This document shows positions 51,028 to 59,480 of a stretch of 64,000 nucleotides of DNA, piece after piece. Under the pieces are notes generated by a model that was given only the letters and a program-made list of their open reading frames with translations, was not told where the DNA came from and did not search any database. The translations under genes and the position numbers were made by a program. Every line of letters starts with the position of its first letter. Position 1 is the first letter of the stretch. The DNA is from Faecousia sp. (GTDB lineage: Bacteria; Bacillota; Clostridia; Oscillospirales; Oscillospiraceae). The stretch spans positions 14 to 64,013 of the forward strand of contig JAZRLE010000064.1 in NCBI GenBank assembly GCA_045646665.1, in the 5' to 3' direction.

Positions 51028-51699
51028 TCAGAACAACGGCATAGCACCATAAGCAGGTGCAGGTGGTTGCCGTACAGCTGGTTTATTTGACTGCTGTTGT
51101 GTTCTCTGTTTCTTTTCCTGTTTGGCTACAGGATTCTGGATATACCATGCCGTGAGCCATGCCTGATAATGCGCCTTTGTCAGGAGCATCAGCTCGCTGA
51201 AAGCATCATAGGTCATCATAACCGATACATGGTTTTCCGGGTTCTTTCCAAACTTAGGAACGATAAGTCCCTTTGCCGTCTCCTCACCCGGGCCACTGTC
51301 TGCGACAAACAGGAAATCTGATTTTGTACTGGGAAGAAGCTGTACGGTTCTGGACAAGCTCTTGCCATCGGCCCTGGCTCTCCCCTGCCTGTAAAGGTTC
51401 TTTGCGGAGGTTCCACCTAGATGCTGGTACAAATAGGTGGCATCCCGGCTCTGCTTTTTTGTCTGGAGCATATAGCGAAGTTCACCGCTTGTGATTTTCC
51501 GGCACAGCTCCAGAAATTCATCCGCATTGATGTAGATATGGACCGAATTGGTCTGCCGGGAGCCGGCAGGTTTACTCATGTCATAGGACGCAAAAGCGAA
51601 ATGCGTCTTCCCGATCTCAAATGCATCATTCAGACTTTCCACAAAGCAATCCCGTGCATCCTTTCGGACAATCTGGTTCTGGTTTCTTTCATCCTGCAT
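51028..51699 (-). CDS. Hypothetical protein
   Basis: About 223 aa, GGAGG RBS. Confidence 0.7.
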   Translation of the reverse strand: MQDERNQNQIVRKDARDCFVESLNDAFEIGKTHFAFASYDMSKPAGSRQTNSVHIYINADEFLELCRKITSGELRYMLQTKKQSRDATYLYQHLGGTSAKNLYRQGRARADGKSLSRTVQLLPSTKSDFLFVADSGPGEETAKGLIVPKFGKNPENHVSVMMTYDAFSELMLLTKAHYQAWLTAWYIQNPVAKQEKKQRTQQQSNKPAVRQPPAPAYGAMPLF

Positions 51700-52075
51700 G
51701 ATGATCCTCCTTAAGCTTCCGGAATACATCGAATCCCGGTTTTATAGCAATTCGGCGCCCATTCTCAAAGGTGCAGTGAATCTGCGGATCATCGTCTACC
51801 ATATCCACAACACAGATGCTGCCATCCGGAACCGGATAAGGGTCAAACATACGGATCACCTTGATCTTCGTTCCTGCAGGATAAGCTGTCTTATAGAATC
51901 TTCTTTTAACAGAATCCTTAAGGGGTAGTACAGTTTCTTTTCTGGTTATGTACTGATAGTCAAACCCACATTTCCTCTCAAAGGGGAAAAATACCGGTCT
52001 GTGGAACAATCGGCGAATAAGATGCCCCCTTACGAGAATATCGTTGTCATTATAAAACACTCTGGATACTTTCAT
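51689..52075 (-). CDS. DUF4314-like protein
   Basis: YP.GT.I....M.DPYPVP.G....V..VDD..QIH...ENG. Confidence 0.65.
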   Translation of the reverse strand: MKVSRVFYNDNDILVRGHLIRRLFHRPVFFPFERKCGFDYQYITRKETVLPLKDSVKRRFYKTAYPAGTKIKVIRMFDPYPVPDGSICVVDMVDDDPQIHCTFENGRRIAIKPGFDVFRKLKEDHHAG

Positions 52076-52767
52076 TGGGATGTACCTCCATTCGTAATCA
52101 TTTGCTGCAGCACTGCTTCCAACTTCACCATGTTCCGTCTATACTGAGGAACAAAGGGCTGATCCAGATCAAAATCTGAATACTTGAAACGGATAAAGTG
52201 CAGCAGGGCTATCGTTTGTTCTTTTTGTGGTATGTCTTGAAGCAGCTTTGCGATAGGTACAACAGATGCGGCATCCACCTCGATAAACTCCCGCTCCTCG
52301 TCAGTCAAATACTTTTTCATCCAAGCCTTGGCACGAATGCGCTGTCCTTTGAAGTGGGATGGCTTCTCGGTACTAAGCAAGTATTCCAAACCGCCGTGAT
52401 CTGCAGGACCTGCAACAAAGGGATACAGCTTGCAGACGCGAGGCTTTCCTTCGTGAATAATGCAGCGGCTATCCCGGAGGAAGATACAGTGATGATCCTC
52501 TCCTTCTGTGGCCATTGCAAACATCATATACCCTGTTTCAGTCAGGAAAATCGGCACCGCATACCGGTCCAGCACATCCTCGATGCACCGAATGGAAGGA
52601 TCTCTGGTTCGCAAAAACTGCGTGATTTTAAATACATCCAACGGCTCCAGGGCTACACTTTCCTTCACCTGTCGGCAGCATTCCCCGCAGCCGGTACAGG
52701 TAAAGCATACATAGTCCTTAAGGGATATCCGCTTTGTGTTCTTAATCACTTCCTCAATTGGCATCAT
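52072..52767 (-). CDS. YkgJ-family Cys-cluster protein
   Basis: CTGCGECC, CIFL....C.IH..KP.VC..YPF. Confidence 0.8.
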   Translation of the reverse strand: MMPIEEVIKNTKRISLKDYVCFTCTGCGECCRQVKESVALEPLDVFKITQFLRTRDPSIRCIEDVLDRYAVPIFLTETGYMMFAMATEGEDHHCIFLRDSRCIIHEGKPRVCKLYPFVAGPADHGGLEYLLSTEKPSHFKGQRIRAKAWMKKYLTDEEREFIEVDAASVVPIAKLLQDIPQKEQTIALLHFIRFKYSDFDLDQPFVPQYRRNMVKLEAVLQQMITNGGTSQ

Positions 52768-53188
52768 GCTCGTCACCTCCATAGGTCAGTTTGTCAGTGG
52801 CAAGCATCTGGATCTTCATAGCATCCGAGCAATCCGCCTCATCCGGATAGAAGCCATGCTTGTCCGGGAACCAGATGCGAAGCACTTTCCGATCATCTTC
52901 CTGGAACTCGGCAAGCTTGATGACCAGTCCATCCGGGAATCCAACTGTCTCACCGGATTTGTAGATCTCACCGTGCTTGACACTCATTCCAAGCGCATTT
53001 AAAATTCTGCCGGAGATCTCCATTGGGAAATCGAGTACGATTTGGAAATTCGGGTGTCCGTACTTCTCCAGACCGTGCGTATGCATGTTGCACATCATCG
53101 GCAGATAGTTCGTAACGAACTTATCGCAACAGGCGCACTCAACACCGTTGGCACAATAATGGATGACCCAGTCGATTTCACTTCTCAT
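52754..53188 (-). CDS. Hypothetical protein (DUF4262-like)
   Basis: HTHGL..YGHP.F motif; PD.HG.YP. Confidence 0.55.
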   Translation of the reverse strand: MRSEIDWVIHYCANGVECACCDKFVTNYLPMMCNMHTHGLEKYGHPNFQIVLDFPMEISGRILNALGMSVKHGEIYKSGETVGFPDGLVIKLAEFQEDDRKVLRIWFPDKHGFYPDEADCSDAMKIQMLATDKLTYGGDEHDAN

Positions 53189-53589
53189 GCCATCTGCCCT
53201 CTTTTCTCCGGAAGATTGAATTGCGTATTATCCACACCAATCATCCACAAGGCATCCTCTTTCACCAGTTCTTCAACCCAGTGGGTTTTTAGAATCTCCT
53301 GCAAAAGCGCTCTGCACAGATTCATATCCAGTGATTTTGAGGTTTCAGCATCAGTTGGAATGTTGCAGTCATACCAGCTTTCCGGTGCCTGTACTGTCAT
53401 CAGAAGTCTTCGGATCTCCGGAATTGTAAAATCGTGGTTGGTTGCAGCTACACTCCAGTAGTCTTTGTCTTCACAATGTACCTCACAGTGGATGTTCTTT
53501 GCTAGAACCATGCTCAGGATTTCCTCTATACATACGGCAACTCTGTCCCATTCCAGTTTGACAGTGTTGTAGATCCTTTGGTTACTCAT
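53185..53589 (-). CDS. Hypothetical protein
   Basis: 134 aa, coupled in operon. Confidence 0.6.
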   Translation of the reverse strand: MSNQRIYNTVKLEWDRVAVCIEEILSMVLAKNIHCEVHCEDKDYWSVAATNHDFTIPEIRRLLMTVQAPESWYDCNIPTDAETSKSLDMNLCRALLQEILKTHWVEELVKEDALWMIGVDNTQFNLPEKRGQMA

Positions 53590-54085
53590 CGTTTTTCCTT
53601 TCTGCCTCATAAGGCGCGTAATATGTTGTGTCCTCTTGATGGGACTGATAAGCTGCGACACAGACCTGATGACCAGGTTCTCTGCCCGGATTAAATTCTG
53701 TAAAACCGATTTGATGCTCCCGTTCCTCACCAGCCGGATGCCAGTACATCGTGATCGATGGATAGTCATCACCTTCATAGGCGGCACCGATCAGCCTGGA
53801 TCCATCAGGAAGCGTAACGCATACATGCGGGTATTTTTCATAGGCAGGCACATAAGGTTCCCTAAGCGTGAATCTTTTTTTGGCACGCTTGCTAAAAGCA
53901 CGAAACCGGAATTTCGCATCGTTCAGACCTTTCTGAAGGGCATTGAAGATTTCATCCAGCTGCTCATTTGTATAGCTATACACACTGTTGTTGGACAAAT
54001 TCCCAAGAAGCTTCATCATATGAAGCAGCTTGTTCACCCTTGCCTCCGCCATTCGACGGAAGCGGTCTTCTCTAGTTTCTTTCAT
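53582..54085 (-). CDS. Hypothetical protein
   Basis: RF.R.AE.RVNK.....LLGNLSN...Y.Y N-terminal domain. Confidence 0.65.
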   Translation of the reverse strand: MKETREDRFRRMAEARVNKLLHMMKLLGNLSNNSVYSYTNEQLDEIFNALQKGLNDAKFRFRAFSKRAKKRFTLREPYVPAYEKYPHVCVTLPDGSRLIGAAYEGDDYPSITMYWHPAGEEREHQIGFTEFNPGREPGHQVCVAAYQSHQEDTTYYAPYEAERKNDE

Positions 54086-54597
54086 GAGCGCCACCCTTTT
54101 ACTTTCTTGGGCCTGTAGAGCTTGCGTTTATCGCCAAATATCACACCGATATCAGTAGATCCCTCGAAACGTTTAAGGGTGTCCAGAAGTTCCTGCGTGG
54201 TTCTGGCGGGGTATAACTTCCAATTGTCTGCGTAGTCGATCACAAAGATCTGATTACCCCAGGATACATACTCCTCTACTGTTTTGGACATATGGACACC
54301 TTTGCGGATCCATCTCCCAAACTCACCCACATCAAAAGCTCTGTTCCTACTGATTCGCGTACCGCCTCTGTTTCTGGTGTTGGCCTCCTCATAGATTCTC
54401 GCGACAGATTCCATTTCGTCGCGGGTATGAAGTAACTTCTCTCTATGAGGGTAGTTCAAAACCGACCAGTATCGCTCCGGAATTTCTCTTCCGGAATGGC
54501 TGATATCAAAGCAGTTCGATGCGCCATGGTTAGCCACCGGAATGATGAACTCGTTTACCTTGATAAAGCCCCTGGTGTAGAAGATCTCACTGCTCAT
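54082..54597 (-). CDS. Hypothetical protein
   Basis: 171 aa, GGAGG RBS. Confidence 0.65.
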   Translation of the reverse strand: MSSEIFYTRGFIKVNEFIIPVANHGASNCFDISHSGREIPERYWSVLNYPHREKLLHTRDEMESVARIYEEANTRNRGGTRISRNRAFDVGEFGRWIRKGVHMSKTVEEYVSWGNQIFVIDYADNWKLYPARTTQELLDTLKRFEGSTDIGVIFGDKRKLYRPKKVKGWRS

Positions 54598-54782
54598 TGG
54601 GACACCTCCATTTTGCCTGCCCCGGGTATCACCCGGATACGAAGTACGATACTGGGTCCCAAAGAGAAGAACCGGATCCCACAGACTGAGACTGTTTCGG
54701 ACTTCTTGACCGCAGTGACCTTGGGCCGTCGAACGATAGTAATCTTGTTTCTCGGAATTTTCATATGCATTCTCCTTTTCAT
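54594..54782 (-). CDS. Small basic hypothetical protein
   Basis: Basic ORF, stop overlaps next start; start uncertain. Confidence 0.45.
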   Translation of the reverse strand: MKRRMHMKIPRNKITIVRRPKVTAVKKSETVSVCGIRFFSLGPSIVLRIRVIPGAGKMEVSQ

Positions 54783-54828
54783 AAAAATGGACGGAGCAGT
54801 TCCCTACTCCGTCTGATAATTGCCGCCA

Positions 54829-55347
54829 TTACTTCGGCGCGTCTTCGTTTATGAGGACCTCAAAGAAGGACCATCTTCCGCAAATCGGGCAGCAGGTCCT
54901 TTTATCGTAGATCTCTTCAATCAGTTTAACAGTCGTCTGAGCCGGCTTGTTGCAGCACACCGTTCGGATCCACTTGAGTCTGGAAGGATCAATAACTTCC
55001 GGACGGTATTTCCGGTTGAAAGCAAGGTAATCCACCCATCCCTCATTATCAAAGATTCTGTACGCATGCAGTTCCAAAGCACGGACCCGCAGTTCTTTCT
55101 CTGATTCCTTGGCAAAATTGTGTTCCCTGCTCCACTCTAGCAGATGATCGTACAATTGCTCCTCACCACTGCGCTGAATAAGCTCTTTCACCTTTTGGAT
55201 CCAGTCCGATTCCTCTAGATCTCCAAGATTGCATTTTACACCATGTCGGTATCCATACTTCCGGTCCCTGCCGGTTCCGGAAATCAGATACGAGCGACCT
55301 GTGTGATAATGCATCCGCAGATCTTCGAAGGTAGGCAGATTATCCAT
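54829..55347 (-). CDS. Hypothetical protein with C-terminal Cys motif
   Basis: CC...CCPICG; GGAGG RBS. Confidence 0.65.
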   Translation of the reverse strand: MDNLPTFEDLRMHYHTGRSYLISGTGRDRKYGYRHGVKCNLGDLEESDWIQKVKELIQRSGEEQLYDHLLEWSREHNFAKESEKELRVRALELHAYRIFDNEGWVDYLAFNRKYRPEVIDPSRLKWIRTVCCNKPAQTTVKLIEEIYDKRTCCPICGRWSFFEVLINEDAPK

Positions 55348-55888
55348 CCTGCGCCACCTCCTGGGGAACAGAGAGTAGTTCTTTGTACTCTTCCAGCATT
55401 CCGTCCAGGAGCAATCCGCTGCCATGGCACCAGAACTTACCACCATCTTCCCGCTCGCAGCAAACAGCAACATCAATATGATGTTTTCTGACTTGCGGTA
55501 GGCCTCGGTAAACTCCTATGACCTTGATGTGACGATCTTTACAATGGGCTGCCATCTCATATGGGTCATACCGGATCCATCCGTTGTCCATGGCGTGGTC
55601 TCCCGTCTCATACTCAGCCAAATTCCGCCGCAGTGCATACATAACCTCGACGGCGCCGGCTTTATGGATTTGCACAAACTCCTCACGGGACATTTCCACA
55701 TCGAACATCGTCTCTTCCGACGGTATCCGTTCCGGCGCTGTGCCCCAAAGAAGAATTGTTACATATGCAGCGTTGGTGGATTGAACTGTGCCTTTGCAAA
55801 AGCAAGTTCTACCCTCCTGCTTGTAACCATGGATCTCCATGCCTGCTTTGAGCTGACGCCAGGTAACATACTTTGTTGTTTGTACCAT
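55340..55888 (-). CDS. Hypothetical protein
   Basis: 182 aa, coupled. Confidence 0.6.
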   Translation of the reverse strand: MVQTTKYVTWRQLKAGMEIHGYKQEGRTCFCKGTVQSTNAAYVTILLWGTAPERIPSEETMFDVEMSREEFVQIHKAGAVEVMYALRRNLAEYETGDHAMDNGWIRYDPYEMAAHCKDRHIKVIGVYRGLPQVRKHHIDVAVCCEREDGGKFWCHGSGLLLDGMLEEYKELLSVPQEVAQDG

Positions 55889-55898
55889 AGCACAGTCC

Positions 55899-56405
55899 TC
55901 AGACGGGGATCTCGTCATCTGCATAGAGGTAATCCCAGGTAACACCTGACTCCTGCAGACACTTTTCTGCAATGGTACTCGGCTCGAAGCGGTGGAACTC
56001 ATGGCAATGAGCATCTACACGGCTACGGATCTTATCAATCTGGTCATCCGTAGTTTCCGCAGGTAACACTGCATTCAAGATGCGTGAGCCTGTCTTCTTC
56101 CTGACAAAGCTGATTAACCGGCCGGGATGAATCCTGGTACCAACAAAGCGCATATCTGTCTGCACAAACCGAAGAATATCATTCATCTTCAGTTGCGAAA
56201 GCTCTGCCGCGCAACGGAGAATATCCGCTTGTACATCGCCGCTGACGATTGCCTGATCCGGCGTGGTTTCGATCAACTTTTTGCACTGTGCCTCAATGTC
56301 CATGTTCTTAAGCGTTCTTGCGCCCAAGTCCATAAGATGAGGCACTGCGCAGTTAAAGACAAAATCGCCGTACTTGTTATAGATCTGCGTAATCTTTCCT
56401 TTCAT
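55899..56405 (-). CDS. Hypothetical protein
   Basis: 168 aa, AAGGAG RBS. Confidence 0.65.
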   Translation of the reverse strand: MKGKITQIYNKYGDFVFNCAVPHLMDLGARTLKNMDIEAQCKKLIETTPDQAIVSGDVQADILRCAAELSQLKMNDILRFVQTDMRFVGTRIHPGRLISFVRKKTGSRILNAVLPAETTDDQIDKIRSRVDAHCHEFHRFEPSTIAEKCLQESGVTWDYLYADDEIPV

Positions 56406-56845
56406 AAAGACACTCCTTCTGTTTCATCGTCCGGTGCTTTTGTAAAAGCACTCAGATAACGGTTGTAATCGTTGTTTCTTGTAATCAGTCGCAACCAGAA
56501 GTCGCAGTGCTGACCAACAAGATAGAAGTTGTACTCGTCCTGATCCTGCTCTCCAACAGCTGCTTCCGGATGGCTATAGCAGAATTGCTTCAAGGCCATA
56601 AGGTCCGGGAAACATTGGACGCTGATCAGCTCCTCATAGACACTGTCGATCTCCTTTGCGATCTCGGGCGTACAAAGCTCGTCATGGCAGGGCCAAACGG
56701 TGTTGTACCATCTGCCGTTTGCATAGTCTGCTCGCATATGCCCAATCTTTTGCTTGAAGATCTCACGACCGTCTACAGTTTCAAGTTGTTCCATCGTATG
56801 AACGAACGGACAATTGACCAAAAGCTTGTCCTTAATCATCGGCAT
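56402..56845 (-). CDS. Hypothetical protein
   Basis: 147 aa, AAAGGAG RBS. Confidence 0.65.
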   Translation of the reverse strand: MPMIKDKLLVNCPFVHTMEQLETVDGREIFKQKIGHMRADYANGRWYNTVWPCHDELCTPEIAKEIDSVYEELISVQCFPDLMALKQFCYSHPEAAVGEQDQDEYNFYLVGQHCDFWLRLITRNNDYNRYLSAFTKAPDDETEGVSL

Positions 56846-58247
56846 TCTCCTTTCTCACAAGGTCTCTGGAGCACAGAACGGTGATTCCGTCCTCTTCCAA
56901 AAGTGCACCTGCAACCAAAGGAAGCCTTCTTCCATACGCTGTTCGCAGCATCCGGTAGTCAAGACCGTTAAACCGGACCCGATCCAAGCCATCCATATCC
57001 TTTGCAATGGCATAGAGCTTAGAAGCACGTGCTTTATCGCCTCTGGTAAAACCAGGCTCAGTCTGGATTGCTGTCAGACCCACTTCATCGTCGTGGCAAT
57101 GATGTCTGATCAGAAGCTCCGCGATACGGTACCCTTTTCTGGAGAGCTGAGCGCCCTTCAGTCTAGTATTTGTTCTTTGGATCTTCTGAATTGACTTCTC
57201 ACCGTGGTTATCATCTACATACTCGTCGTCCCTTCCGTAATCGTGCAGCAAACTGAAGTAGATCAAGATCTGCTTGTCTTCTGCAGACAGGTCATCGCCG
57301 GAGTTGTAGTAGTAAACCAGTGACAGCAGCAGTACCCGCAGGATGTGCTTCAGCCCGTGGTGTTGGAATATAGATTCCGTAGGATACCCCAGGCCTCTTG
57401 CTACCCTTGCATAGAAAACAAGGTCTTCCATAGCAGGGCTTAATAGCTTCGGAACATACTGAAGTGTGGAAGGAATGAAATCTTCCTCCCGGTACTCGAT
57501 GCCCGATCCCGGTCTGACGATCACCTCGTTTTCATCACGGAAGGACGGAAACCAAGCTACGATCTGTTCAGGTTTCAAGCGGGCAACAAGCAGCTTTGTT
57601 CCTCTGCCGCTTCTGTTGGCAAACCAGAGTGCATTGATGGGATTGGTAGACCATGACAGGGCTTTTTCCGGTGGCAGGGACATCTCTCCCATACCGCGGT
57701 ACACAGTGATGCGGCCGTCTGCTTCCAGTTCCGGGAGCTGAGGCTCCGGAGCGTGATCCAGGACATAATTCAGCACCTCAGGATCCCACATATCGTTGCA
57801 ATAATCGATCCGGGTATGGATATCCCTCCAGACCGAGAATACTTCATCTTCCCGGATCTGCAGGTATCTGCGCTGAAAGTCATAGATCCGCATTGGGACT
57901 GGCACATCGCAGGAGTAGAACGCTTGCCATTCCTCTGCTTCCAGATGCCTGTTTCCGTTGCCTTCCTTTAGACTTGCAGTAGCAATACGAAGCAAGGAAT
58001 CCAGACAGGACCTCTGAAACAGAATCTCACAGTAGAAGCCTTTTTCGAAGTCTGCATAGTAGGCCTGCCGGTACTTTTTGTTCGGATCAATGAGGATCTT
58101 GTGGATATCCAGACCCAGTTGGGACATTGACGATTTCAGTTCCTCATAGGTAAGGCCCTCACTCGCAGCCTCAGAGAGCAGTTCAGGGGTCAGCATTTCG
58201 AAGCGGGTCATGGAACCCAGCATCTCCTTAACGAAGGTTCTGTCCAT
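56832..58247 (-). CDS. Putative ADP-ribosyltransferase-like + HD-domain fusion protein
   Basis: TVYRG..LSWST..ENEVIV followed by HG..H..RV, LHDYGR, HH, DMDGLDR. Confidence 0.65.
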   Translation of the reverse strand: MDRTFVKEMLGSMTRFEMLTPELLSEAASEGLTYEELKSSMSQLGLDIHKILIDPNKKYRQAYYADFEKGFYCEILFQRSCLDSLLRIATASLKEGNGNRHLEAEEWQAFYSCDVPVPMRIYDFQRRYLQIREDEVFSVWRDIHTRIDYCNDMWDPEVLNYVLDHAPEPQLPELEADGRITVYRGMGEMSLPPEKALSWSTNPINALWFANRSGRGTKLLVARLKPEQIVAWFPSFRDENEVIVRPGSGIEYREEDFIPSTLQYVPKLLSPAMEDLVFYARVARGLGYPTESIFQHHGLKHILRVLLLSLVYYYNSGDDLSAEDKQILIYFSLLHDYGRDDEYVDDNHGEKSIQKIQRTNTRLKGAQLSRKGYRIAELLIRHHCHDDEVGLTAIQTEPGFTRGDKARASKLYAIAKDMDGLDRVRFNGLDYRMLRTAYGRRLPLVAGALLEEDGITVLCSRDLVRKENADD

Positions 58248-58395
58248 GCACTTCACGCTCCTTCTTCTGGTTCTCCGCCGCCGTATGCAGCAGTACAGCG
58301 CCCATGCCTTTCGGGCCAAGCCAGTTGGTTCCTTTTTCTTTCAGCTTTTGGTTGTAATTTCGGACAAAGTTCAAATACCTTTCTGTGTTGTCCAT
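58228..58395 (-). CDS. Small 55-aa protein, first gene of operon 3
   Basis: GGAGG RBS; MDNTERYLNFVR...; overlaps start of the ART-HD gene. Confidence 0.55.
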   Translation of the reverse strand: MDNTERYLNFVRNYNQKLKEKGTNWLGPKGMGAVLLHTAAENQKKEREVHGQNLR

Positions 58396-58623
58396 ATGAC
58401 ACCTCCGTTTTTGATAGTGGATATAATAACGGGGTGCCTCAGCTCCCCGGAAACAAGGTTGGGGGAGCCACAAAAGCTCCAATATATAAAAAAGAACACC
58501 TACAAAACATTGCTGTTTCACAGGTGCTCTTATTGCCCTAAGGCAGAAAATATATATGGTTGATACGAAGGCATGACGCCTCCTGCTCACCGTATGATAC
58601 TGTGCATCTATCCTAAGATGCAG

Positions 58624-58736
58624 AAAAAAAAAGCCCGGAGACATGCTCCGGACACTAAGTAACGCGAAACTAAGTTTGGCCGAACCAAACGAGAAACTTA
58701 CACTGATAGTATAGCATGCAGCTCTCAAAAAAGCAA
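58624..58736 (-). promoter_or_regulatory. Promoter + 44-nt conserved leader + terminator, copy 3
   Basis: TTGCTT-17-TATACT (58736-58708), core 58702-58659, hairpin GTCCGGAG/CTCCGGGC plus T9; second terminator-like hairpin at about 58488-58531. Confidence 0.85.
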
Positions 58737-58816
58737 TACCCTTGTAACACCACTCTTGATTATGTTTAAAAATTAAACTATAATATCACTATTATCGGGT
58801 ATTAGGAGGATGTTTT

Positions 58817-59413
58817 ATGGCTAGACGATTTAAGCAAGCTAGAAAGATACGCGGATTAACTGCTGTCGCTGCAGCCAAAGAAATGGGCGTCTCTAATCCC
58901 ACAATTAACGCTTGGGAAGCAGGTCGCAAAACTCCTTCCATTGAAGGCCTTGAAAAAATGGCAGATCTGTATCAGGTCACTACTGATTATCTTCTGGGCC
59001 GTCCAGAACCGTTCCGTTTTGATCCTAGTACAGAGCTTTCCACAAACTTAATTAAAATCTTCGATGGCAGACCCGTATGGTCAGACCGTTTCGGTTGGGT
59101 ACTGGTCAACGGTCCGGATTGTATGGTAATAAAAAATGACGGAACCAAAGTTACGCTTGATGTAGCTGCGCCTCTACGCGCTGCTCCTTTACACTTCGCC
59201 ACATCAGGACTTCCTGAAACTAATCCCATTCCGCTAAGCGAACTAAGTCACCACGAACGAGTATGGGTAGAACCAATTTCACCAGATGTTCAACTTCGTA
59301 ACGAACTGCGAGGATGGTATCAGACAAAGGGAATCTATGTTGAAAACGCCACTGGCAATCGATTTATGTATGACTCCTATGAGTCTAAATGGCTTGCTTT
59401 CACGAAAGGGTAA
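58817..59413 (+). CDS. XRE-family HTH regulator with C-terminal extension
   Basis: RK.RGLT...AA..MGVS..TI.AWE.G...PS...L..MA.LY.V..DYLLG; divergent from operon 3. Confidence 0.85.
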   Translation: MARRFKQARKIRGLTAVAAAKEMGVSNPTINAWEAGRKTPSIEGLEKMADLYQVTTDYLLGRPEPFRFDPSTELSTNLIKIFDGRPVWSDRFGWVLVNGPDCMVIKNDGTKVTLDVAAPLRAAPLHFATSGLPETNPIPLSELSHHERVWVEPISPDVQLRNELRGWYQTKGIYVENATGNRFMYDSYESKWLAFTKG

Positions 59414-59480
59414 CAAAAGGACCAATCTGGAAACCATCCAGATTGGTCCTTTACACTTTAGATTATTTCAGATTAGTCCG

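Larger units (their letters stand above)
21980..59413 (-). mobile_element. Large integrative element (ICE/IME-like) with Tn916-type recombination/regulation module; boundaries approximate, right end not seen
   Basis: Abrupt switch from housekeeping genes to int-xis-HTH-sigma-XRE, ParM/ParR, primase, RecD2, YqaJ, SSB and many hypotheticals; arm-type repeats beside int. Confidence 0.8.

Noticed and set aside
34889-58702. The three 44-bp repeats as a CRISPR array or IS ends
   Set aside because: They are 10-14 kb apart, have no spacers, cas or transposase genes, and each sits at a promoter +1.
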